Assembly (NCBI GenBank): GCA_009103225.1
Contig: RHPI01003009.1
Coordinates: forward strand, 657,917 to 721,916
From: Chlorokybus atmophyticus
Taxonomy: Eukaryota; Plantae; Mesostigma and Chlorokybus algae
Length of the DNA: 64,000 nt
Direction: 5' to 3'
Positions 1 to 13,693 of the stretch are shown in pieces. The notes under the pieces were generated by a model that made no database searches, was not told the DNA's origin, and saw nothing but the letters and a program-made list of their open reading frames with translations. Both the position numbers and the translations under genes were made by a program. How positions within the stretch are numbered: position 1 is the stretch's first letter; every line of letters starts with the position of its first letter.

Positions 1-1507
1 GGCTGATAGGTTGAAGGGGGTAGGGGCGTGGTGCGCCAGCGGGCTGAAGGAGAGAAGACTTGGGGAGGAGGAAGATGGGTGTGCTGTTGTTGTTGTTGTT
101 GCTATCGGTGTGGGGGCGGCAACAAAGTCCCCGAACATGTTGGGGGGTGAGGACGCGACTGTCGCGGGTGCATGTACCGGGACGGGGGTGGGGGCGGGGG
201 CGGGGGCGGGGTCATCACCAAAGCTGAATAGGTCCACTACAGGATGGGCGGATTTAGAAGGTGGCAGCAGTGGCGGCGGGACAGCTGGCGCAGCCGTTGT
301 CGTGGAGGCTCGCGGGTCGAAGTCATCATCATCGTCATCGGCTGCCGCCGCATGTTGTCTGGAAGCAGCTGCTGACGAGGGCATTGCCGCATATGTTGGG
401 GCCGCTTCGTATCCGCGGGACGAGTCCTCACGATCATCATCTTCGTACGAACGGTAGCTCTTGTTGTAGCCGCCGCTGTCGCGCACGTCATCTGAGCCGA
501 ATCCATCATATTTGCCGCCGGAGCCACCACTCAAGCGCACGCTGTCGGACCCAAAGCCGCCGTACTTGCCTCCCCCTCCTCCACCACTTCCGCCTCCACC
601 AGAGTAGCCGCCCATGCCACCCGACCTGTACTCGGATGAGCTCAAACCGCCGTACTTGTTCTTGTTTGCTGCTGCCGTATCGCGTGCCTCAGCAATCTGC
701 AAGCATGCAACTGTCAAGCGAGCATTGTACGCCACAACATGCAGGTGTGGAAAGCGTGTGCGCATACCCACACATACATGCGCGCGCACCCGAATGCACG
801 TGCGTGTGCATGCACGCTCTCCACGCATGCACGTGCTAGCACACGCACGCATACAGAGAAAACAAGACACATGCACGCACACATTACCTTGCCGGAGTCG
901 TTGAGAATGTCAATGATACGCTGCGCTTTCATGCGCACATTGATGCCCTGGTCTTTGCCGGAGGATTCGACGAAATGGAAGTCCGACAGCGAGTGCAGCG
1001 AGTGCATGTTGGAGCGAAGCTCGTCGACAACATTCTCCGCTCCATGACCAATGAGAAATTCCATCACCTGTTATGCAAACTCAATAACTGGCACGCACGC
1101 ACGCACGTTGTGCGCATCAAACCAACAACAAACAATGCTGCACCTGAAGAGACTTGTACACATGGCGCCAGTTCTTGCCAGTGTCCTGGAGGCGCTTCCA
1201 CAACACGCTCATAACGAGCTCGCGATCTTCGTGCCGGCGTGTGGCACTGGCCAGCTCGTTCATCACCGAGCCGTGCGGGCCCCACGGGTCGTTGGATGTG
1301 GCCTCCATAGCCTTCTGCTCGATCTCAGGCACCTGCATGCAAAGAAACGTCAACCTTCAACACCAGAGAATACAATTTGTGTACATGTGAACTGTATGGC
1401 TGTGCCAATATCTGTCCAGGGTATCAACTCGTGTGCACCTGATAGACGACATTCTTGATCTGTTTGACGGCGCTGTTGAGGTAACGCTCTACTTGTCGGT
1501 TCATCAT
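1..1507 (-). CDS. EPSIN: ENTH-domain epsin / clathrin-interactor (EpsinR-like); 3' end runs off the window start
   Basis: Phase-consistent exons 1507-1439, 1332-1144, 1067-888 and 706-<1 with GT-AG introns. They give MMNRQVERYLNSAVKQIKNVVYQ-VPEIEQKAMEATSNDPWGPHG...WRHVYKSL...KDQGINVR (ENTH signature). A Gly/Ser-rich tail follows, with DDDDFDPR and MFGDF motifs. Confidence 0.93.
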
Positions 1508-3889
1508 TTTGGTCGGCTTTTCTTTTCGTCAAGGTGAATCCACCTGCGCAGATGGGGAGTTGTAAATAGTTGTTGTACTTTCATGCCGGCAACATACATA
1601 GAAACTAATTGTTGAGACTAAGTTGGAAATAACGTTGTTGAGTATGAGACCACCCCTAAAGGTGATTGTGCAAAAGCATGCCTTGTACTGGCTATACTCA
1701 CTGCCGTCTTACAACAACATTCGTGAGCACGAGCACCAATTCAAACATGACAAGTTCAACTGGAACAACGAGGTGCACGGTACTTCAATGTCAGTCGCTG
1801 TACTGCCATGTACCGTTTTGTTTAATACTAACTTGCGTACGACAATTTTCCGTGACATGCTTGGACAACCCCCTGGAGTAACGTCACTGATGACTGATGA
1901 CACTGTATAGCATCAGTGCACACTTTGAGTACATGCACCTAACAACCAACAACAACAATGGAGAGACGTTGCTAAGGAAGCTGCCTGTTTGCTGCAAGCA
2001 GCAGTCGGTGTGGCAGCACCCGCTTGGTTCATTGCCATGCCATCTGCAGTGTACAGTACACACATGCAAAAACTCTCATCGTGGTGTCAACATTCACTGA
2101 GCAATTGAGAAGGAGATACGAAACTGCTCGACAGCATGGATTAGGGTTGCAGTGCACCGTTGCGTGCCAACTGCACAAACCACCTTCGTCAGAACTTGCA
2201 GCTGATTGTAACAAGAGAATCCAGATATAGCCGGCACGTAGCAAGAAGGCAATGTCAAAAGCGACGCAAAGGATTTTATACAACGAGAGGGTAACCAACG
2301 CAAGCACTGCACGCCAAGCTGCAACAACACCTACTGAGTGCAATGCACCGCTCTCCTCCCACGCCAAGCGCATTGCTGACGGGAAGAGACTGTTGCTATG
2401 GCCCATTGCGTATATAGACTCAAGCTGCATAACACGCTTGTACCTTGGTGGAGAGGAATGGACTGATAAAACAGGGAAGAAAAGTCTGATAAAAGAAGTC
2501 TGCCTTCCTGCCCGCAGAGCGTGCGCCCCTCTTCTCTCACACCTTTCCCGCCTTTGCCCCCTCGCCCCTTGACCCCTCTTCGCTCCTCCCCGCTTAGCCT
2601 GGGTATTCACCCACGTCCCCTTGCGATGACAGTGGCGCCACCGCCACCGCCGTCGTAGGCGGGGACGCCGCCCACGCCGACAGCGATGCCGTCAACGATG
2701 ACAGCAGCAACGTCGCCGAGCAGCACTTGTAGGACTGGTTTCGAGTTGACCCGCGAAAACAAGGGGCACAAACTGTAACAGCTCTTGGCGGTATACAACC
2801 CCGTTTGCCGTCAATGTTTCCGCGGTTGTATTGTATCCTCACACGTGAACGGCCTTGTCTAACCTGCCTCGTTAAAACTTAACTTTTGGGCGACTACTGG
2901 TCAAAGTCTGCACGACTGGTGGCCATAGGGCTATAGGGCCGCAAGCCTACTGTACTGGCATGAGGCATTGCTGGCTCTACTGGCACTGGTACCTGTCGGC
3001 ACTCGTCCTGGTCATGGTCATCAAGTTGACGACGTGTGACGACGTCAACTCTCGTCTGCTTATGGTCTTGACATGACATGTAAAATTGGCTTCATGACAA
3101 GATGTCTTACAGAAGGCCGTTTTAGTGGACATTCCGTAGTGTTCAGTTGACACAGTAATACTATCACAATTTCGTTATTCGTTAATTGTGCAATACATGC
3201 AACATATGTTATATACGCCCCTTCGCCTCACTTACATACGATCATATTGCACACATAGCCTTGTATTGCCCCCATCTTACGAAAGTTTCTTTTTATATGT
3301 TGACTTGCTATTGCTTGGTACACGCTCGCTTCTCGGTTACAGGTAAGCTATATATACGATACGGGGGATATCTTGCATGTATAAAGCTGTCGCATTCATT
3401 GCTTGGTAAATGGTGCGCAAATATTAATACCTTTGATACTGTATACATCATGTACAATGTAACATCGAATGTACATATTCCAAACTTCAAAATTCAGGGC
3501 TCCCTAGTCTTACAGGCGCATGCTTTGTCATTGCTGTCAATGGTGTATTTGCTTGCTACCGCTGCTGAAGGCCCCTGTTTTCTACACTATGCAATCACGA
3601 CCTACATCTGTACATCTTATAAAAATTATTGCTCACTGCGTTTCTGTTCCGCGCCCTCTATGTTACGCTATACATCATTTGAGTTCCGTGCACTTAGAGT
3701 CCATAACTAAGTAAAATGTATTGTGTTGTTGCTGCAAAACACACAATGGTAATAAGCTTTGCAATTGGACACAAGGAAGAGGGGGAGCGGGAGGGAGTCG
3801 TGGTCCTTGCGATTGCCATGCTTGCCGTTGAAATGAGCAACCAACGGCAGCTGGTCTGAGCAGGTAATGGCAAACGTGTGCATGTACAT

Positions 3890-4426
3890 GCATGCAGGGG
3901 GGCTTGTCATCGGCATTGTCGGCATTGTCGGCGTTGCTGTCCACTCCCCTGCCTATCAGCACTACCTACCCTTCGCCTTTGCCTACCCCCTACCTTGTGC
4001 AGGTAGTTTGGGAGATCTGTCCTAACTGCCACTGCCTGCTCCATTGCCTATACATTGCACATACGTAGAAGCCCCCTTAGTGTAGCTAGCTAGCTCTGTG
4101 TTGATTGTTGTTCATGGTTGGTTGTATTGCTTTTATTGTGGTTGCGTTGCTACTGGCTGCTGTGGTTGCTTGTTGGCCCCTGTGCTATACCATATGCATG
4201 TCTGATGGGGAAGGCTTGTAGGTTAGTGCAGGAGTTTAGCCCGGTGGTGACAACGGTGAGATGTATACTAGTGTGCATGCTTGAGTGATGTGCATATTGC
4301 ATGCGTGTGCACAACAGCACGTCATATATCCTGTACACCATTGGGAAAAGCACAGCTTGCATCCGTAATGCTACACAGAATGCATTAGCTGCGTGCCTCC
4401 GCACTGCCAAGCCCGCATCACAACCC
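3890..4426. repeat. Dispersed repeat, copy A (unclassified non-autonomous element)
   Basis: Shares ordered blocks with 15651-16635: CTACCTTGTGCAGGTAGTTTGG, TAGCTAGCTAG, TGGCCCCT-TG-TATACC-TATGCA, AGCCCGGTGGT and a terminal CATCACAACCC. Boundaries are approximate. Confidence 0.7.
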
Positions 4427-4737
4427 GTTACTCAAAGTTTGGTCATTGATTCATGACATAAGCGGAGTCAACATCGTGCTTGCAATCGCACACTTCAATT
4501 TCAAGCGGCTGCACAGACAGATGGCTTCCTCTGTTACAGCGTGCCTATGGGAAGCACATTGTGTCTTGCCCAAAGTAGCCTACTTGTTGCAATGGCAACA
4601 TCAGGCAGTTGATTGACTAGCAAGCGATCGCCGCATCACTTTCGCCAGCAATGAGCGCACAAGCGAAGCGCATTGGTGCACATGGCAATGACCACTTGAC
4701 AGTTTGCGTCAACCTGCAGGCGCAGCTAGGCCCACTG

Positions 4738-7700
4738 CTAAACTGCAGCCATCTGCTTTGCCAATGAACAAACGGGAGGCTCATCGCGTGCCCATGGCGC
4801 TGTCTCCTCAAATATGTGGCCAATGCGCAGAAGCTCCGCCTACATTACAGGAGTACAATTGTAATTGCATCGCTTCAAGTAAGTGTTGGAAGAAAGCAGC
4901 GTGACCTTACCTCAGCAAAAGCGCGACCAGTGAGCTGAAGACCAATGGGTAATCGCCCTTCAGTACTGCTGCTGAAGCCAGCTGGCATTGCCAGTGCCGG
5001 CAAGCCTGACCAAGCACACAATCATCTCAAACTCCATACATAAGACTGTTCAGACGAGGCAGCTGGCTAGAGAAGAAACGACCAAAGCATACCTGCAAGG
5101 TTGACATTGACGGTCATCAAGTCCCCGGCATACATGGAGAGGGGGTCCTTGACGTTGGCGCCCAGCATGTATGCAGGAGTGGGTGCCACCGGCGACAGAA
5201 GCACAGAGTACTCTTGCAACGCTGCTGTATAATCTCGCTGAATCAAAGTGCGGACCTGACGACCACAAACAAGTTACTATTGTGCCTCAAACAGAATTCT
5301 GCAACTACCTGGGTCTGACTTTACTCCAGTAACGAAGCGTAATACAAACTTGCCTGCTGTGCGCGTTTGTAGTAGGCGTCATAGTAGCCAGCAGACAAGG
5401 TGTATGTGCCGGTGAGGATGCGACGCTTTACTTCGGGACCAAAACCGGTCGCCCGCGTGCGTGAGTACATGCTCACCAGATCTTCACCTGCGACCCTTGG
5501 GCCATACAACACGCCATCAAACCTGCGCGGCACAAGGCTTGATAAGGGTCTTGTGGTTTGCTACTGGGGAAGAAGCTACAATTACACTCTGTGATTTATG
5601 CATGTGCGCACGCATGCGCATATACACACGGATACGCAGGTGAGCGTATGTGTGCACACCTTGCAAGGTTGGAGCTTGCTTCAGCAGGCGCAAGCACATA
5701 GTAAGCTGGCAGCCCGCTGGCAAACGAGGGTAGGGAGACCTCCGCGACACTCGCTCCCAACTCCTCCAAATGGGCAGCAGCTCGTCTCAGAGCGGATATC
5801 ACTTCCTGATCAACTCCAGCACCCATTGTCTGCCAAAGGCAAGGATGTCACCGAGGATGTCACCAGTCAACAAAACTCTCCCCCAACAGAAGTCTCAGAC
5901 AGATGACCACAGATACACGCCATGCCATTGCATGTATCAAAGCGCAACAACTTGCATCAGTGTGTTTTGTCAGCAGCTGCATACCTCTTTGATGATGCCG
6001 ACTCGCATGCCCTGCAGCGGTCTGCTGTCTAGCTCGCTTGCGGTCTGCAGGCCTGCTGTGTATTCTGGCACTGCCATCTCAACAGACGTGGAGTCGTATT
6101 CATCCCTGCCTGTCACATACACCGAGCTGAGGCCGCAACAACAATATTCTAATGACATGACGGTAACACACACCATACACGTCCCCACCTGCAATCACTT
6201 GCAACACCTCGGCGGTGTCGCTCACGGTCGTGCCCAGCACTCCAACAACGTCAAGGGAGGACGCGTACGCCACGAGGCCGTAACGGGAAACACGCCCGTA
6301 GGTGGGCTTCAACCCCACCACACTGACAGAGACAACAGTCAGGTGCATAGTTGTCAGCCTGCACTGCTACTCAGAAGCAAACTTACTACTCCTCACCCGC
6401 AGTATGATGCAGGCTGCCGCACGCTGCCACCCGTATCACTCCCAAGCGCAATAGGGCACTGGCGTGCAGCAACAGCAGAAGCGCTCCCTCCGCTTGAACC
6501 GCCAGGCACCCTTGACACATCCCACGGGTTGGCTGTCACCTGAACACACGCAGAAACTTTGTCGTTGGACTGCAAGTTGGTCACTACCGCAGATTGCACA
6601 GCCAAAGATGGCCACTTCAAGCCTTGAATATAGGAATTTTTGCCATGCCTTATAGTCTGAGCCCTCTGTGGTGCTGCCCATTCCAAACGCGTCACAGTTT
6701 GTTTTGCCAATGATCACGGCGCCGGCGGCCTTCAGCCTAGCGACCTGTGGTGATGACAACAGTCCAGATATGTGGAAGCAGCAGTTGCACTGTGACTGTT
6801 TTAATGAGGTGGATTACCAAAGGACAACGTGCACGTACCGCGTGAGCGTCGTAGGGTGGGCGGTACCCAGCGAGGACCTTTGACCCGCATGTGGTGAGCA
6901 CGCCATCCGTGCACAGGTTGTCTTTGATGCACACCGGTACGCCCGCCAGTGGCAGTGCTTTGATGGTTTCAGGGTTTCTGTCTTTCAGCAGGTCATCTAT
7001 GCGAGCAGCTTGTGAGCGCACCTCATCATTGTCCAAAACCTGCACCATAGGAGTGTATTGCATGCTGCGTATCGCTACATACTACATGAACAAGGTGCCA
7101 ACATCACTTGAGGCTGATTAGAATTGCCTAGATGCATGCAAGCTCGCAGTGCTTGCAGGACACCCAACATTATCCAGGGACCCAGTTGTGTTTGACAGGT
7201 CACCAAGAGATACACGTACACCTCATCAACACCCAGATGAGCAAAGACACGATACTTGTCAGGTAGCATGCAGTCAAAGTCGTCTAACCACGTGGTTTCC
7301 TTGGCGTTGGCAGCACGCATGACACACAGTCACTCACAGTGATGAAACTGTTTAGCTGCGGCTCAACGCTGCGCAGACGCTGCAGCCACTCAGCTGCAAC
7401 CTCCGCGGCGCTACGTCTGCGGCTGGTGACATCCTCCCTAATCTCACTGATGAGGGACGCATGCGGCTGCGGCGTGTCACTTCGACGGGACGATTGCTTC
7501 AGCCTGGGCTCTTTAATATTGCGCTCGGGCACACCCGTACCAAAGAATGATGATCGTGAGTGCTTCTCGAAGGGTGTTGCGAGTGATGCGGCTGCTGCGG
7601 AAACAATTGCAAGTTAGTAACGAGGGTGACAGCAATGGTAGTGTTGCATGGCGTATGACCGTAAGACTGGAGCATAAGGTGACACTGCATCATTGTCTTT

Positions 7701-8317
7701 GCCACGCATGTACTGGTGGCATGCAAGTGACCTGCATAGTAACCACGCGCAAAACCGACTCAATTGGTACCTCACATTCACCCCACTCCCAGCTGTTGTC
7801 CACACCATACAGGGAAGACCGACCATGGGCGCAATTGTTTGATACACAAAGTCTGGACAGAACACGTGACCTACGTTGTCAAAGCACACCCTGGCTTGCA
7901 GACCATTGACGCTATCTGTAGAATCAGAACAATGCAGGCAGCTGACCCCTAGACACCAGTGGTTGCAGCAACGTCTATTGGGTGTTTGTGAATGCCGTAT
8001 GCCAACTGGCAGTAATACCAGCTTTACACCGTCAGCATACTGTTCTTGAGCTGTACCATGCATGCAAGAACGACGAAATGCAGACAGTTCAGCAGCACGG
8101 GATGCCAGAGACAGCATTCCATTGCTGTCCAACCAACTAAACTCTAAGCTGACATACAGCTTGCGCAAGCAATGCTGTACGCAGCTCGGGCAGTGAGCGC
8201 AGTGAGTGAGCTCGCCGTAGGTGCGTGACAGTCGGAAAGAGCGCAGCAGCCAGCTGGCAGTTGAACAGCCCAGCCACAATGTGACAGCAGCCTGACACGA
8301 TGGCACGGCAAGCGCAT
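4738..8317 (-). CDS. gatA: Glutamyl-tRNA(Gln) amidotransferase subunit A, organellar (amidase signature), multi-exon
   Basis: Exons encode [89 protein letters not shown] and [26 protein letters not shown]. Exon 1 (8317-8158) looks like a transit peptide and joins exon 2 (7594-7338) in phase 1. The last exon is 4839-4738. Confidence 0.96.
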
Positions 8318-9243
8318 GTCTTGAGAAACGTCGACACTCTTCTCATTGGCGTACCAGCAGCAGCTGCCGTCATGGTGAAGCCTCCCTCTCAGCACCAAAC
8401 CCTGCCAAAATAGCCACGCGTCGCCGCACGATGGCGCCTGCCACTACCCCAGAGCTCGGGACGGAGGAGGGCGCTGATGTCGCCGCCGCCGTAACGTGCC
8501 GGCTACCTCCCCGCCGCCGCCAACACCACCGCAGCCATCAATCCTCCAAGCGCAGCGGTGCATTGCCTTGGCGTCGAGCGTAGAAGGCACATTTTGTGTA
8601 GGGATAGTCAGGCGTGTTAAAATGTACAGAAGGATGTGAGAGGGGTATGTGTTGTTTGATGCTGTGTGCAGAAGGAGCTGGCACATGGTAGATTGAGCAG
8701 GAAGTGCGTACGCAGCCAACTGAGCTTTGTATACACTGTACACACTTTGCATTGCTGAGCTTGACACAAGCGCTTTACTGGTGATGGGTGTGGTGAGTTG
8801 CTTCCATACCATCCGGCATGCACGAGCTGAAGCAAGGTGGCCTGACGACTTGAGACAAGAGCAAACCAACACAAGGGCTTTAACTGGAACTGCACATTAC
8901 TATACCCCTTACATACACTAGCTAAGGTTGCATACAGCTGATGAGTGCGGTAGTGCAACATTGCATGTATCATTGTATGCAATTGGGATATAGGAGCGTA
9001 TGTAGCTGAACATACCCAACCTATGCCCTCTGTTGCATTAGCAGCTGTTACTTGCCCGTCAACAACTGCACCACGATAAATGACCTATAGCGCAAGCAGG
9101 TCAGCGTGTAGCGTGTGGGATGGTCGGGTCACCAACTGCAATAAGTCAGACCTATACCTATCTACAGAAGTCTGCCTATGAAGCGGTCCTATGTACAAGC
9201 CAGCGTGCAAAGCTAAGCTAATGGCAGCTGCAATGGGCTGCTG

Positions 9244-11031
9244 TCAGGGAAACTCGTAGCGGCAAATTGGGCACGTGCGGTTCGCTTCAAGCCATTTGCG
9301 TATGCACGCGGCACTGCGAACACAATAATACATCATTATTATTGGATTCAATGATACGAGTCTGTGACTGGTGAAACTTACAAGTGTATCGTTCAGCTGA
9401 GCGACTGCACAGTAATAGACTTACTGGTAGCAATGCTCGCATGGCAGCTGCAGCAAACTTTCGCCTGAAGCGAAGAACTCTTTACAGACCTGCCATGGTA
9501 AGTGCCAACGATCAACAACGTGGCTGACTGAAGTTGATACTAAGCCGCAAACTGCTGATCAACATGGAATTGCTCCAAAGCTGGCATAAATGCGTACTGT
9601 GCGCCAAGTAAGAGATACCTTTCACGCATATATACAATATAACAACTGCACAGGCACAATGCTCGTGCATGCTAACCTGGCACTCGGTTGTAGTGTGTTT
9701 GTGGGTAGCGCGCAGCTTACGCAACTTCTCCAAATCATGCTTGGATGTGCCTCTGCAAGCGGCTGGTCAGAGTCATACTCGCATTATCATTGCCAGCAGC
9801 ACGCTGCGCAAACACGAACGGAGGCCAACATGCTCAACGTGCGTGCTTGCCATGAGCCCGCACCGTTTCACTATGGTGTCATCAAGGGCAAGCATCTCTT
9901 CATATGTCATGACCGGCTCCTCGTAGTTCGCCATGCCATGCGCGAGGAAGTTTGCCAACCGCCTGTTTATCAACCTGTTGCGCGCGCTGTCCGGCAAAGC
10001 TGAAGGCATATGAACAATACATTGTGAGGTGCCACGCACGTAGTATGCAGTTGCAATCTAACACTGCACGGCAATGCCATTCACAACATGCATACAAACA
10101 ACAAATGCTTAACGCGGCCATACCATAGTGCGCAACATGAAACAAATCGTGCCGCGGGCTCAGTCTCAGCTGCTCAAAGTGGGACTCCAACGGGAGCAGA
10201 CGCCTTCTGCCAACACTACAGTTGAGCAACGCGCGCACACGTAACCAACATTTGCCTAGTTCACGCACCCCTGGACTAGACCACGTTACAAGAGTGCTGA
10301 CATGATGCGAAGGGTCAACATGCAAACAACTGGATGCATGCGCTTGCAATGCACATGCTCAATCAAATGCAAAGTGTGTGTCAGATAATGTGCGCATGTT
10401 TTTGATGTTGCATGACAGCATACATCAGCGACAGAGAGTTGTGCAGTACACACTCACTCGCGCATGGTCTGCCTGACAAGCTGCTCGAACGGCATCTCAA
10501 GCAGCTCGTCCATGGTCATGGATCGGGCCGAGATCCCGCTCGTTGTGATGCCGTGGGTGTGCGCTGCTGGTGCCTGCTGCTGCGGAGGGCCAGGCGCCTG
10601 CTGCTGTTGCTCGTGTGTGCTTTGCCACGTGTCTCGCTGGCTGTGGCGCCTGGCTGCATGTTTGGGTTACAAAGCATGTCAGAATGCCGATCACCTTTAT
10701 GTGCATACGCAACTGCCATTGCATTTGCTGGCAATGTGCCGCACCATGATAACGCTCAGTGCACTCTCGATACGAACATTGGTTGTGCAAGGATAGCTGA
10801 TGCAGCAAGTGGCATGCACGAGTGCATGTAGTGAGCTGCATGCAACCAGCGGCAACTTTGCGTAACAGTCATGTCAACATGAGGGTTGCGTTGACTGCAG
10901 GCCTCAGTTAAAGAAGCCCGCAAGCAAACACTGCTGCGAGCAAGCGTGCATGCAGGTTGGTCACACATGATAGTGATACGCTTACAGGAGTCTGACGAGC
11001 CGTGAGACAGGAAGCGGCGCAAAGCCATCAT
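9244..11031 (-). CDS. RING-H2 E3 ubiquitin ligase
   Basis: Phase-consistent splicing assembles MTYEEMLALDDTIVKRG...ECQ-VCKEFFASGESLLQLPCEHCYH-AACIRKWLEANRTCPICRYEFP*, a C3H2C3 RING-H2. The start codon is uncertain. Confidence 0.88.
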
Positions 11032-11949
11032 GGTTGCAAAAGAAGCCTTGCAGCTCTCCTCTCAGCTGCCTATGCTGCAACGGCCTCCAGTTTGCGTTCC
11101 CCCAGCACTCAAGGCAATCAGTGGCAGGCAATAAAGGCGGCAGCCTGTTGCCTAAAACCCTACAACGACCAGCCCAGGCCTGACAAGGCTGAGCAAGCGC
11201 CAAGCCAACGCCACTCAGCGAAGCGGCTTGAAGAGCATGCAGAGCATCGAGCGCTGCCCTACACCTGCAATACTCTTCCTCTGAATCTTGCCTAACCTTC
11301 TCCTCCTCCTCAGCCCCAGCCTCCACCTCCGCGCTCACGCCGCCGCCGCGGAGGCCGCCTACGCTGCCGCCTGAGTGTGATATCGGTGTCTGCCCGTGGG
11401 CAAAAGCGCCAGTTTTGGCAGCTTGCCCCGCAGTTGGACTCGACGATATCACGCCTCCCTAGGCTTAGGCTTGGTGATATCGGCGTCGTGCACTACTGCT
11501 GCAGCAGGCGGATAGGCTTTACGCTCAGCGGTCACACAACTCAAAATGTGGCGGCAAGCAGCGGCGAATCCTTGAGTCTACGTCAATGGTTTGCAAGGCC
11601 CATAAGTCGACGAACCGACGTGAACAGTACAGAGTAGGCCAAGCCGTCGAGTCTCAAAAACCTGCCGGAAGATATATATATAGCCAGCACGGAAGCTTTG
11701 CGTCAAGGCATGCGCCTTAACCAAAAACTACAGCAATCAACCATAACCACAATGCTCCCGTTTGCATAAGCAATGCCACGTGCAGAGTTGGGCGTAGCAT
11801 TGCAGCGTTAATCTTGGCGTCAAAACACATTGCGTTAGGGTGCTGACGTGTGTTGGCAAAGCTGATGTGGCAGTTCTATCAGAAAAAGTGCAGTGTTAGA
11901 CTGCCAGTGCTGTCCCGTGGTGGCGGCGGCGGCGGCAGAGGCGGCGGGG

Positions 11950-13237
11950 ATGGTGGCGGTGGTGGTTGGGGGAGAGGGGGAAGGGGAGGGGTTGCTGAAG
12001 TGCAATGCTGGCGACCGCAGTCGCGGCGGCGAGCCGTTCCGGCCAGTTCCGGTGTCGCTGGCCTTTGTGGGCATGCTCACTGTCGCCCACATTGGCGTGT
12101 TCGCTGCTGTTGGGCTGCTGGTACACGTTGTCCACCGCAGGTGTGTGTACACTGCCCAAGCACCTCTGTTGCATGGATGTTACCATGTGCCGAGGTGTTG
12201 TGTGAAGTAAGCCAAGTAGACAGGCGCATAGAGTCATAGGGAATAGTGCCCCAAAGCAGTTTGTCAGTTGAACCGCTTGCTTGCTGATACACTTGTATCA
12301 TAATTCAAGTGAACAAGGTTGCTTGCTTTCCTGCAGCCTACCCTGGTGGTACATTCTGCTCGCATGCTACGTGACTGAGACATTCGCGCTGCTCACGCAC
12401 TACGCTGGACATCATCGCTGGCCAAGCAAATGGTGGGTGCATGGAAGCAACTACACACGCACACAGGCTCGCACACGCATGCATGCACCAACACACGCAC
12501 ACTCGCGGGCAAGCGTGCATTTAGTGAGTGCAGTGAACACACACACACACACACACACAATACCAGTGGCGTAGTGGGATCACCCACTTTGTCGTTCGCT
12601 CCCCACAACTCAGGTGGTACGAGGCGCACATGGGCCACCACGTCGCAGACTACCCGCCATCCCGCTTCATCAACGGCGTGTACATCTTCGCAGAGGTCGA
12701 CAACAGCCAGGCGTACCTGCCGACGATGCTGCTGACGCCGCTGGCAGTCTGCTGTGTAACGGGCGTGTGGAGCCCGCTGCGCCTGTGGATGGCATTCTGG
12801 CCGGGGGTTGTCTTGCTCTATCTTGCCGGGGAGCTCCACACCTCCTTCCACCTGCAAGGCTCACGCTTAGAACGGTTCTCTGTGTTTCAGAAGCTGCGCA
12901 CGCTACATTACTACCACCACAAAGGTGCAGAGCTATGCCATACAACTTCGCGCACACACTCGCGCATGCACATACTCACGCATGCACGCGCGCACAGACA
13001 GACTCTCGTGTCCCCTCCTTGCCTGCATAAGCCTGTGCTTGTGCTTTGTTTTGTAGCTTCTTGATTGCACTTTTTCGGTGGTGTGTTCGGCAATGCGTCA
13101 ATGGCAAGCATATGCGCACGTCTCATCTGCTAATGACTGATGTTGCTGCTGCAGGTACAATGAAGCACAACTATGCTATCGCTGACTTCTGGCTGGACTG
13201 GCTGCTGTTGGGTCTGCAGCTCAAGTGGGAGCCCTAA
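11950..13237 (+). CDS. Fatty acid hydroxylase / sterol desaturase superfamily di-iron membrane enzyme
   Basis: Four exons with His boxes HYAGHH, HMGHH, HTSFH and HYYHH, hydrophobic segments, and a C-terminal HNYAIADFWLDWLLLG. Intron 1 (12141-12336) is phase-consistent. 11950 is the first in-frame ATG. Confidence 0.85.
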
Positions 13238-13598
13238 TGTTTTCCAATCAGCGCGTAAGCCTGTTATGCTGCCAAGTCAGCCTTGATTGTTGCTTTCGCA
13301 CGCGTAATCCCCGTAGTCATTTGTAGATAGGTAGCCATTTAAGGGATCGGTAGGCTAGAGATTGGTGCTAAGATAGACAATCTATCACAGGTTACTCGTG
13401 GAGCTTAGTTGTTACAAGTTAGTTTCATAGAACCATTCCAGGCCCATTGCTATTCGTTATGAAATTTGCCAACCATAAGTGCATGCTATATTGCATGCAT
13501 ACGGCATTGTGCATGCTATGCGCAGCAAGAAGTGCGCACATGCGCATGCATGTGGGTGCGTGCGCAGGGGTGTGTATGTGCGCATGTGCGTATGCGTT

Positions 13599-13599
<1 letters not shown>

Positions 13600-13690
<91 letters not shown>
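13600..13690. repeat. (GC)7-(TG)38 microsatellite inside a wider TG/CA-rich tract (about 13490-13860)
   Basis: Directly visible dinucleotide run; it explains the HTHT/CVCV ORFs in the track. Confidence 0.97.

Positions 13691-13693
<3 letters not shown>

Noticed and set aside
1884-1900. CTGATGA cores suggesting hammerhead ribozymes (also 8938 and 23879)
   Set aside because: No properly placed GAAA or flanking stems were found.
6680-6710. GatA motif DAFGMG instead of DEF(A/G)MG
   Set aside because: A single substitution outside the Ser-cisSer-Lys triad; the rest of the enzyme is intact, so there is no basis to claim altered function.
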